Below, in pieces: positions 26,703 through 38,877 of a stretch of 64,000 bases of DNA. The stretch's first letter is position 1, and each line of letters opens with the position of its first letter. The position numbers and the translations under genes are program-made. Under the pieces are notes generated by a model. The model saw only the letters and a program-made list of their open reading frames with translations, was not told where the DNA came from and made no database searches. The stretch spans positions 1,550,001 to 1,614,000 of the forward strand of contig CM060733.1 in assembly GCA_030704615.1 (NCBI GenBank). The letters are read 5' to 3'. The stretch is from Takakia lepidozioides. Lineage: Eukaryota > Plantae > Bryophyta.

Positions 26703-29700
26703 CCCGACGCCGAAAAATGGGCTGCCCTTGGGAAGCTCCTTGAAGAACAAGGAGATCGTCGACAGGTTCTGGAGAATGCTATGGCTAGCAGTGAGCAAGA
26801 CAACGAGCGTCTCCTGATTAAAATCAAAGAACGCCTAGAACGTGTGGGCATAGAGTTGCCCAAAGTTGAGGTGCGATTTGAGAGACTGTCTGTGAATGCG
26901 GATGTCCATGTTGGAAGTCGAGGTCTTCCAACTCTTGTAAACTTTACCCGCAACTTATTTGATGGTTTCTTGGCATTGTGCCGGATCTTGCCATCAAGCA
27001 AGCGCGATTTTGGTATTTTGCATGATATCAGCGGTGTTGTCAAGCCTGGAAGGATGACATTGTTGCTCGGACCACCAGGTGGAGGCAAATCAACTCTCTT
27101 GCTGGCACTGGCTGGAAAGCTACATGGAAGCCTGAGGAAGAAAGGGTTAGTCACCTATAATGGCCACAACTTGACAGAATTTTTCCCCCAAAGAACAGCT
27201 GCCTACATCAGTCAAAGTGATAATCACATTGGGGAACTAACAGTGCGGGAGACTTTAGACTTTGCTGCAAGGTGTCAAGGTGTTGGGTACAAGTTCGATA
27301 TGATGGAAGAGCTTACACGAAGGGAGATGGAGAACAACATTTGTCCTGATCCTCATATTGATGCATTTATGAAGGCCACTGCATTAGGAGGGAAGAAACA
27401 CAGTCTGTCGACGGACTACATTATGAAGGTGCTTGGGCTTGAATTCTGTGCAGATGTTGTTGTTGGCAGTGATATGCTTCGCGGTATTTCGGGAGGTCAA
27501 AAGAAAAGAGTCACCACCGGTGAGATGGTGGTGGGACCAAAGAAGACTCTGTTTATGGACGAGATATCAACAGGTTTGGACAGTTCTACAACATTCCAAA
27601 TTGTAAAGTCCACCCGTGACTTCGTGCATCTTTTACAGGGAACTGTGTTGATGGCTCTCCTTCAGCCTGCCCCAGAGACATTTGAGCTTTTTGATGACAT
27701 TATACTCCTGGCAGAGGGCCACATTGTTTACATGGGTCCAAGGGAAAGGAGCTTGGAGTTCTTTGAGAGATTGGGCTTTAAACTTCCCGATCGAAAAGGA
27801 GCCGCCGATTTTCTCCAAGAGGTGACGTCCAAGAAGGATCAGGGACAATACTGGGCAGACACAAGCAAGGCCTACAAGTTTATACCTGTGGCCGAGATAG
27901 CATCTTCTTTCAAGGACTTTGAAGTTGGGAGGGATATCACCGCATATCTTGCCGCACCTTACAACAAGGCCGACAGCCATCCGGCTGCCCTTGTCAAAGC
28001 CAAATATGCCCTGTCAAGGTGGGACCTGTTCAAAGCTTGTATAGGAAGGGAGTGGTTACTGATCAAGCGGAATAGTTTCCTGTACATCTTTCGCACATGT
28101 CAGGTCGCACTTCTATCATTTATCTGTGGTACATTGTTTATTCGGACAAGGATACATCCGGTTGACGAGCAAAATGGTTATCTGTACTTGAGTACACTTT
28201 TCTTTGCATTGGTTCACATGATGTTCAATGCATTCACAGAAATGACACTCACTGTGTGGCGACTTCCAGTATTTTATAAGCAACGTGATAATTTGTTCTA
28301 TCCTGCTTGGGCTTTCTGTGTACCCGGCTGGATAATGAGGATACCATACTCAGCCATTGAAGCTGTTATTTGGTCATGCATTGTCTACTTTGTGGTTGGC
28401 CTTGCTCCGGAGGTTGGCAGATTCTTCCGCTACATGCTGTTGCTCTTTCTTATGCACCAGATGTCTATTGGATTATTTCGGACGATCGGTGCTGTTGGAA
28501 GGACTATGGTTATTTCCAACACATTTGGTTCTTTTGCTCTTCTGATTTTATTCGTACTTGGTGGTTTCATTTTATCAAAAAGCGACATACCAAAGTGGTG
28601 GATGTGGGGATTTTGGCTGTCACCACTTTCGTATGCGCAGAATGCCATTGCAGTAAATGAATTCCTTGCCCATCGATGGAAGATCCTCAGTCCAAATACT
28701 CACGCACCGTTATACTTGAGCATCCTCCAGAGTAGAGGACTGTTCACTGAGGCGCGCTGGTACTGGATTGGTGTTGCTGTTCTTATTGGCTACACTTTTT
28801 TTTGGAACTTCACTCTTGCATGTGCTCTGAAATATCTAGGACCTCTGGGTGAGGCTCAAGCAGTGATGGCAGAAGACCTTTTCAATGAGATGTCGAAGAC
28901 ACAAACTGGTACTAGGTTTCAATCTGGCACGGCGAATGCTGACATTGAACAACAGCAAGAGTCGGTCCGTGGCCAAGCAGGGAAGGGCATGATCTTGCCC
29001 TTTCAACCCTTGGCTTTGACATTTGACAATATGTCCTACTTTGTTAATATGCCCTCTAAAATGAAAAGCAAGGCCGAGGGATCAGACAGGTTCCAACTTT
29101 TGCGAAGCATATGTGGTGCGTTCAGGCCAGGTGTGTTGACAGCACTGATGGGGGTCAGTGGGGCAGGCAAAACCACCCTCATGGATGTGCTTGCTGGAAG
29201 AAAAACGGGCGGGTATATTGAGGGAGAAATCAAGGTAGCAGGATTCATCAAGGTGCAAAAAACTTTTGCTCGCATTTCAGGGTATGTAGAGCAGACTGAT
29301 ATTCATTCTCCGCAGGTTACTGTCCAGGAGTCTTTATTGTATTCTTCATGGTTACGTCTTCCTCGGGAGGTGAGCGATGCAAAACGAACTGCCTTTGTGG
29401 AAGAGGTGATGGAGTTGGTGGAGCTGAATGTCTTGAGAAACGCTATAGTGGGGCTTCCAGGAGCCACGGGCCTCTCTACGGAGCAGAGGAAGCGCCTTAC
29501 TATTGCTGTGGAGCTGGTGGCCAACCCCTCCATCATTTTCATGGATGAGCCTACATCCGGTCTTGATGCTCGGGCAGCAGCCATTGTCTTGCGCACAGTG
29601 AGGAATACGGTGAACACAGGGAGAACTGTTGTCTGCACTATACATCAGCCAAGTATTGATATATTTGAGTCCTTTGATGAGCTTCTACTGGTAAAACAGG

Positions 29701-30827
29701 GCGGGCAAGTGATTTATGCTGGTCACCTTGGGAAGTATTCGCAGGAGTTGATTGACTATTTTCAGGCAGTTAATGGAGTCCCACCGATAGCAATGGGCTA
29801 TAATCCAGCAACGTGGATGCTAGAAATCAGCAGCCCTGCTGCAGAATTGCGGCTTGGCGTAGATTTTGCAGAATTCTTCAGGAGTTCAGATCTTTACAGG
29901 AGGAATAAAGTTTTGATTGATGAGTTAAGTGTACCAAAACCTGGTGCAACAGATTTGAAGTTCCCAACCATATTTTCCCAACCTGCAGTGGTCCAATTTC
30001 TGGCATGTTTGTGGAAGCAAAACCTCACATACTGGCGAAGCCCTTATTACAATGTCGTGCGCTTTTTCTTCACAGTCATCTGTGCAGTCATCTTTGGGTC
30101 AATATTTTGGCAACTAGGCAATAAAAGGGGAACACAGCAAGATGTGACCAATGTGATGGGGGTATTGTATGCATCGGTGTTGTTTCTGGGAGTCAATAAC
30201 TCTTCGAGTGTGCAACCGGTAGTGTCTGTAGAGAGGACAGTTTTCAATAGGGAGCGAGCAGCTGGCATGTATGCACCTGTTCCTTACGCACTTGCTCAAG
30301 CTCTTATAGAAGTTCCCTACATCCTCATCCAAACCCTTGTCTATGCAGTGATCACATACTCAATGATCCATTTCGAAAGAACTGTAGCTAAGTTCTTTTG
30401 GTATGTTTTGTTCATGTTTTTGACCTTCACATACTTCACTTTTTACGGGATGATGGCTGTGGGGCTTACTCCTTCCCAGCAGTTGGCAGCAGTGACCTCA
30501 TCTGGCTTCTACTCTCTTTGGAACCTCTTTTCAGGCTTTTTAATCTCCAAGGCTAAAATGCCCGACTGGTGGGTTTGGTACTATTGGATTTGTCCTGTGG
30601 CATGGACATTGTATGGCCTCATTGCATCGCAACTGGGTAGTGTGGAAACACCATTTTATGCTGCAGGATACGGGACCCAAATTTCTGTCAAGGACTTCGT
30701 CTTCAGCTACCTTGGCTACAAGTACGACTGGTTGGGCTTGGTTGTGGCAGTCTGTATTGGCTTTGTGGCTCTCTTCTGGGTTGTGTTTGCATTTGCGATC
30801 AAGATCCTTAACTTTCAAAACCGTTAG
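26619..30827 (+). CDS. Full-size ABCG (PDR) transporter, 1402 aa, intronless CDS
   Basis: NBD-TMD-NBD-TMD order. Walker [13 protein letters not shown] and GVSGAGKTT; signatures GISGGQKKR and GLSTEQRKR; PDR motif [12 protein letters not shown]; C-terminus LNFQNR. Confidence 0.97.
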   Translation: MAGSAACSSFDGGWCTRGHFWTDAEDKSPDAEKWAALGKLLEEQGDRRQVLENAMASSEQDNERLLIKIKERLERVGIELPKVEVRFERLSVNADVHVGSRGLPTLVNFTRNLFDGFLALCRILPSSKRDFGILHDISGVVKPGRMTLLLGPPGGGKSTLLLALAGKLHGSLRKKGLVTYNGHNLTEFFPQRTAAYISQSDNHIGELTVRETLDFAARCQGVGYKFDMMEELTRREMENNICPDPHIDAFMKATALGGKKHSLSTDYIMKVLGLEFCADVVVGSDMLRGISGGQKKRVTTGEMVVGPKKTLFMDEISTGLDSSTTFQIVKSTRDFVHLLQGTVLMALLQPAPETFELFDDIILLAEGHIVYMGPRERSLEFFERLGFKLPDRKGAADFLQEVTSKKDQGQYWADTSKAYKFIPVAEIASSFKDFEVGRDITAYLAAPYNKADSHPAALVKAKYALSRWDLFKACIGREWLLIKRNSFLYIFRTCQVALLSFICGTLFIRTRIHPVDEQNGYLYLSTLFFALVHMMFNAFTEMTLTVWRLPVFYKQRDNLFYPAWAFCVPGWIMRIPYSAIEAVIWSCIVYFVVGLAPEVGRFFRYMLLLFLMHQMSIGLFRTIGAVGRTMVISNTFGSFALLILFVLGGFILSKSDIPKWWMWGFWLSPLSYAQNAIAVNEFLAHRWKILSPNTHAPLYLSILQSRGLFTEARWYWIGVAVLIGYTFFWNFTLACALKYLGPLGEAQAVMAEDLFNEMSKTQTGTRFQSGTANADIEQQQESVRGQAGKGMILPFQPLALTFDNMSYFVNMPSKMKSKAEGSDRFQLLRSICGAFRPGVLTALMGVSGAGKTTLMDVLAGRKTGGYIEGEIKVAGFIKVQKTFARISGYVEQTDIHSPQVTVQESLLYSSWLRLPREVSDAKRTAFVEEVMELVELNVLRNAIVGLPGATGLSTEQRKRLTIAVELVANPSIIFMDEPTSGLDARAAAIVLRTVRNTVNTGRTVVCTIHQPSIDIFESFDELLLVKQGGQVIYAGHLGKYSQELIDYFQAVNGVPPIAMGYNPATWMLEISSPAAELRLGVDFAEFFRSSDLYRRNKVLIDELSVPKPGATDLKFPTIFSQPAVVQFLACLWKQNLTYWRSPYYNVVRFFFTVICAVIFGSIFWQLGNKRGTQQDVTNVMGVLYASVLFLGVNNSSSVQPVVSVERTVFNRERAAGMYAPVPYALAQALIEVPYILIQTLVYAVITYSMIHFERTVAKFFWYVLFMFLTFTYFTFYGMMAVGLTPSQQLAAVTSSGFYSLWNLFSGFLISKAKMPDWWVWYYWICPVAWTLYGLIASQLGSVETPFYAAGYGTQISVKDFVFSYLGYKYDWLGLVVAVCIGFVALFWVVFAFAIKILNFQNR

Positions 30828-32132
30828 TACTTTCTTTAATGGTTGTGGTCGAAGTTTATTGGCCCATGGAGAGTTGCATACTGGAACTAGCCCATGTTCC
30901 AGAGCTTCTGGGGTACCCTGAGACATAATGCACTCTGACAAGATACCACATGATGTTAAGTCCTTTTGCTTACAAAGCATTATTGTCCAGGGGATGCGAT
31001 GGCGGCCCTTCAAAGTACGAAGGTGCAAGACACTGTTCAAGAATCCAAGCTTGTACTGAAAGAGCTCAAAGGGAAGCTTTCCCTGAACGGACCCTTGGGC
31101 CCACAGCCTGGACCGTTTGCTTGCCCTTGGATAAGTTGGTACAAATTGCCTCAGACATTCTGTAGATGTCATTCTGGAAAAGCATGAGAAGTTGAAGCCC
31201 ATGATACTGAATTTACTGAAGAATACACCCAAGCCTGGGAGTACAAGGTGGAGAATTTTTTGAGGAATTGGAGCTCAAATATTTGGTGAGGTAAATTCCC
31301 TTGACTTTCTTCTCTCATTCCTCTCATTTTGTTGGAGGCAAGGTCATCCTTCTTCACTTACATGTTTCTGACTCGTGCTTACACATCATCTTTTCCCACA
31401 CGTTTTTGGATCCCTTTTCTAAAGTGCTTCGGTCCAGACTTCTAAGATGAAGTTTCTCGTCTTGAGCACTCATTTCCTCATGGATGCTATTTGGTGAAAT
31501 ATGATGGCTTTCTTGATGGATTGGCTGTACAAAACTATGTACGGATTGATAGACCCCACTCCCGAAAGGTACCCGCAAGGGGAAGAGGCTCCTATTTAGG
31601 CTGACTCCGGTGCACAGAATTACAAACTGGTAGTTCATTAGATTGTTGCTTACCAGTGCGTAAGAATATACATATCGATTCGTACATTGTTCACGATCAA
31701 CTGCTTGGATTTTGTCTTCCACAATGTAAGTTTGAAAAATCTACAAATTATCACTATAAATGTCTGGTGATTACGTGTGACCTTGGAAACAATATTCAAC
31801 CTCAGGAACATTGTATGTTGAAAATAACAACTTTGAATGTATTATCAGGTTCTTCTGATACTCTACCATCTACAATGTGCCGTTGGACTCGTAGTCGTGC
31901 CTTCTTTGTGTACAGTTTATGTGGACCGGCTGTTTCACATTCTCCGGGCTAGTGTTGTGGATTTCAGCTGTGTCAAGCACAACGTCTGGATGTGGCTGTA
32001 TTGTTGCATTGATAAATGGAGCTTCACTAGAAGAATCTGCCCTGAATAATGCCAACTGCAACCTCACTGGAGGAGAGTTGATCATGGGAGCTTCCAATGT
32101 TAATGACAGGACACTTGGGTTGACACAGGTTG

Positions 32133-33070
32133 TCAGATTGCAAAGCGGGGCCCGGTGTAGTCCGCAGGAGGATGAAGAAGGTAGAACTCTTTGTCCAGCA
32201 CTATCCCTTTGTACAGGCTTTGCATGCGCTCTTGTAGTGCATACTGTCGATAAACCCTAGGATGATTTTCGTCAACAAGTTCGGGTGCTGGAAAGATGCG
32301 AGTGGTGTCTTTATCCACCATGACACGATGAATGCCACTCAAATACTTGCCATTGGAGAGAACCTGATCCCAACATGTAAGTGATATAATCTATATGAGT
32401 GAGCAAAGCTGGATTAGATTGCTCCTAGTACTAGCTAGTAACCTGGACTCATCTTGATGATTAGCTTATTAGTCGTCATTTTCCATGTGATCTGACATTG
32501 ATATGCAGCAATCGGAACCAATACAGACCTAAGTGAGCGCTCTGCGCACAGTCAGTCATGCATGGGTTTGTGGGCGTTAGTACTAGGAACAGCACATATG
32601 GAGCATACTTTGTACATTGTACGTGTACGTTGAAACAATATTATCACTGATCGGTCGACATGTTAAGAACTGTAGTTCAAATGTACATGACAAATGGCGC
32701 CCACCTCCAGTTGGTCGCCTGTGAGGACAGAAAAAAAGCCAAGTACAGGTTTGTAGTTCACCCATTCGCCCTTGACCAGGAACTGCAATGCTGGATGTGG
32801 CAAATCTTCTTGAGCTATCAGCGTTATCATGGAGGGGTCAGAGTGGGCCGCTGTTCACACTGGAGTCGGATTTTCAGCTAGCTGGCACCAGTCGCGAGGT
32901 AAGTAACTGGTTGCCATCATGACAAGATGGGGGTCTGTAATCGAAGCGTTGATGTAATTATAAGAAGGCTTGAGACCGAGACTTTGAGAAACCACATCCA
33001 AGAGTGTTTGAGTGAATGTAGCACACTTCATTCCATACTCCTGCACTGTCTGCCTGTAATTCCACCACTA
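32133..33070 (-). pseudogene. 2OG-Fe(II) dioxygenase (plant DOXC-like) pseudogene
   Basis: YRQTVQEY..LLDVVSQSLGL..(stop at 32855)..AAHSDPSMITLIAQ..LQFLVKGEWV..GDQLE, intron 32704-32364, then VLSNGKYLSGIHRVMV..PAPELVDENHPRVYR. The RxS segment appears deleted. Confidence 0.85.
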
Positions 33071-33589
33071 CAGATCATGCACGATCAGTGGATTCACTCC
33101 GTTTTTGGGCGGGACCTCCTGTCGGCCCCTCCTCACTTGTCGAGAGATTCACAATGTGAACATTGAAAAAGATACACGTCGTAAGCTGCGGATTCCCAGG
33201 ATCAGGGTGTGCATGTGCTTGGCTACAATATACATACTTGTCCTGAGCCATGAATTCTTGTTACCTCTAGTCATGATATCTTCAGGAAGTGTGATCTCTC
33301 TTGCTTCCATTTTCAATAGTATGGATGTTACTTCGAACGAATTTTAGTCCACCTATCTGATTTCTGTAGTGACCTTCTGGACATCCTTTTAATTTCCATC
33401 TCGAGCTGTGCGTTATCTTTCGGAGTGGCCAGCAAGTTCATTCATGAATCTTGACCCTTTTACATCTGAACCTATTCACATGTAGCTAGCTACTGCAGGC
33501 TTAGAGATGCCTAGTATCATTACAATTTAAAGAAAACAAGTGGAAGTATATATGTGCGCCTCTCATTTTTGAATAATTTGGAGTTTATG

Positions 33590-33960
33590 TCGCGCGCGTG
33601 TGGGACAGGGTGCGCACGCCCGTACAGACGCGGGGTCGCCCTCCCCCACCCCGCCCACCCCCACATGCCAGCCGCGCACCGCGGTCGGCAGCCCCGCGGC
33701 CCTGCCCGCACTCCGCCCAGCCCGCCCCCGGACCGCGGCCCCCGCCCGCCCGCCCTCACCGCTGGGTCCGCCCGCCATCGGGTCCCCAGGGGATCTGCCC
33801 GGGCTGGGGTCTGCCCAAGCTCGGTCTGCCCGCTGGTGGCGCATGTCGTCCGGCAGACCACCCCAGACCGGCACAGCAGACCCAGACCTACGTGGCGCGC
33901 ATCTGCCCGTCCAGATCCGGTTTTATCCAGACCGTCCGGGCATGCCATGGCACTCGCCGA
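33590..33960. other. Very GC/CpG-rich island at the edge of the TE cluster, possibly a terminal or promoter region of the Ulp1-carrying element
   Basis: Abrupt C/G-rich stretch (CCCGCCC repeats). The overlapping ORFs are low-complexity Pro/Arg/Ala frames. Confidence 0.5.
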
Positions 33961-35519
33961 TCTCCTCAGACCCCCTATGCTCTTTTTTCTTTTTTCTTTG
34001 TTGTCGGTGTTGTTTGCTGCTGTTTGTTGTTTGACTGTTTAGAATCAACAGACTCGCCGGTTGTGAAGAATCCCTTTGCATGACTCTATGGACTCCATCA
34101 TTTCAAGCCACAGCCTCTTTTGTTCACATGCTTCTACTATTTTTGCTTTGTTGTTCGCCTATTCGTGGGACTGTTTGAGCGCAGGGAAGACGTCTTTGTT
34201 TACATTGAGTTTATAGTGCAGACTTGAATGGAAGTATTTAGGTCTTTGCTAACAAGTACGACTCATTTTAGCGGACAACAATTGAGAATCGGACTTTCTC
34301 TTGTGACAATGTCTTGTTCGAGGCTTGTCCTCCATATAACATGTGTGGAATGGCATTGCAAAAATAGCGGAAGCATATGTGCATGGTTGGCTGTATAAAA
34401 TTCCGATTTCCTCCCGAGTTCCGTCTCTTGGATGTTGTTTGCAGATGGACCCATCGATGCAGGACGAAATGGGCATGTGTGGCGGAATTTTTTGTGCAAT
34501 GAACCAGTGGACCTTCCAAGTGTTACCATGACAGTGCGGGGATGCAGAGACCCAAGCCGGGGGACCATTGAAATGGTGAAACGGGTGGCAGACCCTTTTG
34601 GCGGACGGACTTAGGGCAGACCATGGAAGTCCTTGGCGGCGGCCATTATTGTGCCGCCGGGACGTTTGATGTTTCGACGGCAGTCCAATGGCCGACGTGC
34701 ATGGCCTCAGCGGTCGCACGCGTGTTCCTGTCATGCTTAGCAGTGAGCCGTTACGTTGGGGTCCTCGCCTCTTCCTCCTCTTGCGTCTTTCGCGTCTCTC
34801 CACTTTGCTCCTGCACGCTGTGTTGCGCTTCGCGTAGACCCGACTCAGTGGACCTTTCTTTCGTGACCCGTCCTCCAGCGGACCTTCATACATCTTTAGC
34901 AGACCCGCAGCAAATCACATTGCATGGTCGATCGGCATCTGGACTTGTACACTGAGCTTCACCGCATTGTCGGGGTCGAGTCACCCGTTAAATGCAGGCT
35001 CATTGGAGTTCATACAACAGCAGACACACAGAACCCAACTCCCATGGAGACCCAGGAGGACCGCAGCGAGCAGACCCTTCCCAGTAAAATCCCAAGCACC
35101 GACATGCGAACCAGTAGACCTTGATTACGGAGAACAAGGAATAGCAGACCCCCGACTGGATTGCCAGTACTCCCAAGCCAGACAATGTGGTGGGACACCC
35201 TAAGTCTGAGGCTCGTTTGGGTGACAAAAACTTGTCCTTGCCAAAACAGACTTTTGTGGAGGCATTGCACACCTTACCCGAAATTACCGGGGAGACCTTG
35301 GTTATGCAAACCTTTCCAGATAACAACTTCCACAACACCGGACATGAGCATACTTTTCCAGATCAGCGGGCACCCATCATCTTCCCAGAGTAGACCGCTG
35401 TGGTGGAAAGCAGACCTGGGCAGACCAGTGCAGGCTAGAGCACACCACAGCACGCTGGAGCAAAGGAGAGAAGATCAGACCTTGCCGGAGGACACCCTGC
35501 CTGGTACAAATGCACCGCA

Positions 35520-36372
35520 GAAGTGCATCGCGACAGAAGGATCTTGATGTCAAGACATATAATGATGTTGCTATTTTGCCGACGTGGGTTTGGAGTTTCA
35601 CTGGAGTGCAGGCCAGGAACGGGTTCGCTCGCAGGTGGAGCACGGATTGACAATGCATCGTATGGGGAAGGACCTGAAGACCTGCAAGTACATACTGGTA
35701 CCAATAATTGATGGGTAAGTGTCCTGCGTACCACTGTTTTCCTGCCCTTTATCATTGGTCCACCATCACCGGTCTGCAACATTGGTCTGCCCAGGTCTAC
35801 CAGTGTGCTCAATGGGTCTGCCATTTTGATTTGCAGCTGTTCCCTTGTGCTGATGCGCCCTGCGTTGTGGCAGGTCTCATTGGAGTTTGATGATTATTGA
35901 CCGGGTGCTCCACGTATTCACTCATCTGAACTCAATCAAGGAGATACACAAACTCGTGGAGATATTGCCATGGGTTCGAAATGTGTATGGAGCATGTCTC
36001 GGCTTGGAGCCGCACACGACGTCGTGGGACGAGGCCACTGCATTCAATTTTCATGTCCCTGAAGTGCCACAACAACCCTTCTCATGGGAATGTGGCTTTT
36101 ACGTCATGTCCTTTATCGAGGGGTTCTATGATTGGTTGAAGAGCGATCGTGGCAAAGGACTAAGAGAGAGAGAAAAGTCGTTTACCTCAAAGTGGTTTAC
36201 ATTCCGCTATGCTTGCAGCTGGCAACGCTTAAAGTGTGTTGAGTACATTTTAAAAGCACTCAGTACTATGAAGAATGTAGTTGTAGAAAGGCAGTTGTCA
36301 TCTAGGAAGATGTCGGACGTGTCAGACTCTTCCGATGTTCGGGTTATTTCATCTAGGCCTGTCAATAAATGA
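35520..36372 (+). pseudogene. Ulp1-like (peptidase C48) domain gene, TE-associated
   Basis: KYILVPIIDG, intron 35715-35873, then SHWSLMIID..HLNS..VPQQPFSWECGFYV. Catalytic His, Gln and Cys are present; the Asp position reads Asn. Confidence 0.8.
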
Positions 36373-37254
36373 AAATTTACTCATCGGGTCTGTGGTGCAG
36401 GTCTGTTCATTTTTATATATGATCTACACTTTCGTGGAACATTTCATTAGTCTGCTGTCGTGGTCTACTGCTTAACATTCCTGGTCGATGTTATGTATTG
36501 AGTAGTGCTCCACGTGGTCTGCTGGTGAACCGATGTTATTGATCTCCCGATGTATGGAGTACTGCTCGTCGTGGTCTGTCAGATGGCCTAGCATGCGTGC
36601 CTGTGCAACGCAAGTAAAACAAATAATATTAGCATTCAAATAACAGCATGGATGTAGCCAACCTGTGATGGAGAACCAGAATAACAACAAGATCTTTCAC
36701 TAAGGTGTAGTGTGAAAAGAAGGAGGCATAAATCCCCCTTCGGTCTAATTATAATCTGAACTGATGTTATTGATCTGCTACCTCCGCGGAGTGGACTTAG
36801 TTTGGACCACGGTTATTGGTCTGCTCCATGAGATAGTGGTATACTAAATTCGGTGGTCGCCTAAATGTGGCACATGTCAGTCCCATCGTTAGTCGAGTGT
36901 ACTGTCTTGGTCTACCCCTGTATTGTATTGGTCTGCTTCATTGAACTATGCTTGTTTCATTACTCTACTACATTGGTTTATTGGTTCACTTTGGCTCATT
37001 TATTGACTTCATTGGTCTCCTTCATCAAACCTTTAAAAAGCACATTAAGGGAGTCCCAGATGCTCTGCCGCATTGGTCTACTACAAGTGAGTGTTCGTCT
37101 ACTGCAGGTGGTCTCCGATCATGGTCTGCCGCCTACTGCAGATGAGTATTGGTCTATCGCATTGGACAACTGCAGGTCATTTCCTTAGTTAGATTGATCT
37201 TTCTTTTTCAGTTCTAGACGATAAGACACCCGCCTCAGAGCCGAGTAAATATGG

Positions 37255-37909
37255 CTAACAGGGGGAAGGCCAGACACACGTTTCCCCCCATTTAGTTTCA
37301 TTTTCCGCCGAGCTTAAAAATGTTCCGCAAAATCCTTTTTCCTCTTCAATGATATGTTGTTGTTGTCTTTTACACGATTGAACGCTCGTGCTGCAGCCGG
37401 GTGTAGCATGCCATAAGTTTTTTTGACGAGGATGTCCTGCATCTGCCCTCGACAAATACGCACCGCAGACAAGCAATGGTGTATAAGATATGCGTCGTTG
37501 TGTACAAGGTCAAGTAGGTCGGTTTTCTCACGTTTCAAAATAGCTTCCAACAGGTTTGACGTGAGCAATGACTCTGCCGTGTTCGGGGTTGCGTTTGCAC
37601 GCACATTGTCGTTACCGCTTTCGAGGTCGCATGCTGTCATGTCGTCGTATTCGTCCAAATTCTCCAGCCCACCGTGAACAATACCGAGGTGGGAACCACA
37701 TGTCCGGACAATGAGACCGTCTTGTAGGTCTGGTTTTAGTAAATTTATGACCCAAACCTGGTGCTTGCACAGATTGCTTTTCAGCGCCCACGGGCAGGTG
37801 CAACAAAACCACTATGACTCTGGATTGAGCACGGTGTACGTTGTACTCGGATCGGAGGAGCTGATCACGTAAGCAGACTGCCCAGGCGCTGCAAGCAAAG
37901 TCACACGTG
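37255..37909 (-). pseudogene. SWIM zinc-finger C-terminal part of a MULE-type transposase, interrupted by the Gypsy LTR
   Basis: RVTLLAAPGQSAYV..YTVLNPES*WFCCTCPWALKSNLCKHQ fits CxC..CxH. Homologous to 48877-49134. Confidence 0.75.
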
Positions 37910-38617
37910 TGTCGTGCGCATACATATCGCTACACAACTACATCGCTGTCCAAAACCACACAACACATGTGCACGCGCCACACACTAGTATATCACTAGT
38001 CCACCACTGGTCCAGCCACTAGTCCAACCACTAGGCTACAACTAGTCAGTCACTAGGCTGCCACTATGTTGCCCACTATGGCAGTCACTAGTCCACACAA
38101 TGATAAAGAAGAAGAATACAAGTACAAGCTCATGCGAGCTCACAAAGCTGAAGCATAAACTCATGCATATATAAACTCATCACTCAAATACAAGTCAAGC
38201 CAAGTGTACCCCACGCCATGGGAAATCCACACTACGGTGCCATAGCTAGGCGCGGTGAGGCTCAACTCGACAAAGATGAGCCTCCCACGCTTGCCGTGAA
38301 GATAACCACTCCAGGGCCTAAATCTGCCTTGACCCCTGGATTGACACTTGGGCCAATCCCAAATGTCAATATGTAAAAGCTAGCTATTTCCTAGCTAGTT
38401 TCACACTAATGGTGAACTAACTTGACAGCTGTCGTGCGCATACATATCGCTACACAACTACATCACTGTCCAAAACCACACAACACATGTGCACGCCACA
38501 CACTAGTATATCACTAGTCCACCACTGGTCCAGCCACTAGTCCAACCACTAGGCTACAACTAGTCAGTCACTAGGCTGCCACTATGCTGCCCACTATGGC
38601 AGTCACTAGTCCACACA
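37910..38617 (-). repeat. 3' LTR region with A-x-A structure (190-bp and 188-bp direct repeats at 37910-38099 and 38430-38617)
   Basis: Starts TGT right after the PPT (38618-38630) and ends ACA at the junction with the interrupted SWIM ORF. The two terminal segments are nearly identical. Confidence 0.85.
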
Positions 38618-38877
38618 ATCGCCCCCCTAGCTGGTGCTTAGGTCCCTCTAAGTCCAGGTAGCCACAAGATGTGATAGTGACCATAGCCTCACTAAATCCT
38701 CCACCACTATCCCTACTACACTCGAACTCGATAGATCAAGAGGCCGGGTGCAAGAATTGCCCCATCGTTAGTCGCCGTCTTGCAACCTGTGAACTTGAGC
38801 TTGGGATCTCATGTATTGACTCCTATGAGCTTGGCCTCCCATGTCTTGTTAGCTGCCTCCAGTCATGTCCACTGCCA

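Noticed and set aside
30540-32260. ORFs downstream of or antisense to ABCG (230, 122, 113 aa)
   Set aside because: No recognisable motifs, and one is partly an antisense shadow of the ABCG CDS.
33520-34083. Overlapping 100-160 aa ORFs
   Set aside because: A by-product of extreme GC content, with no recognisable domain.
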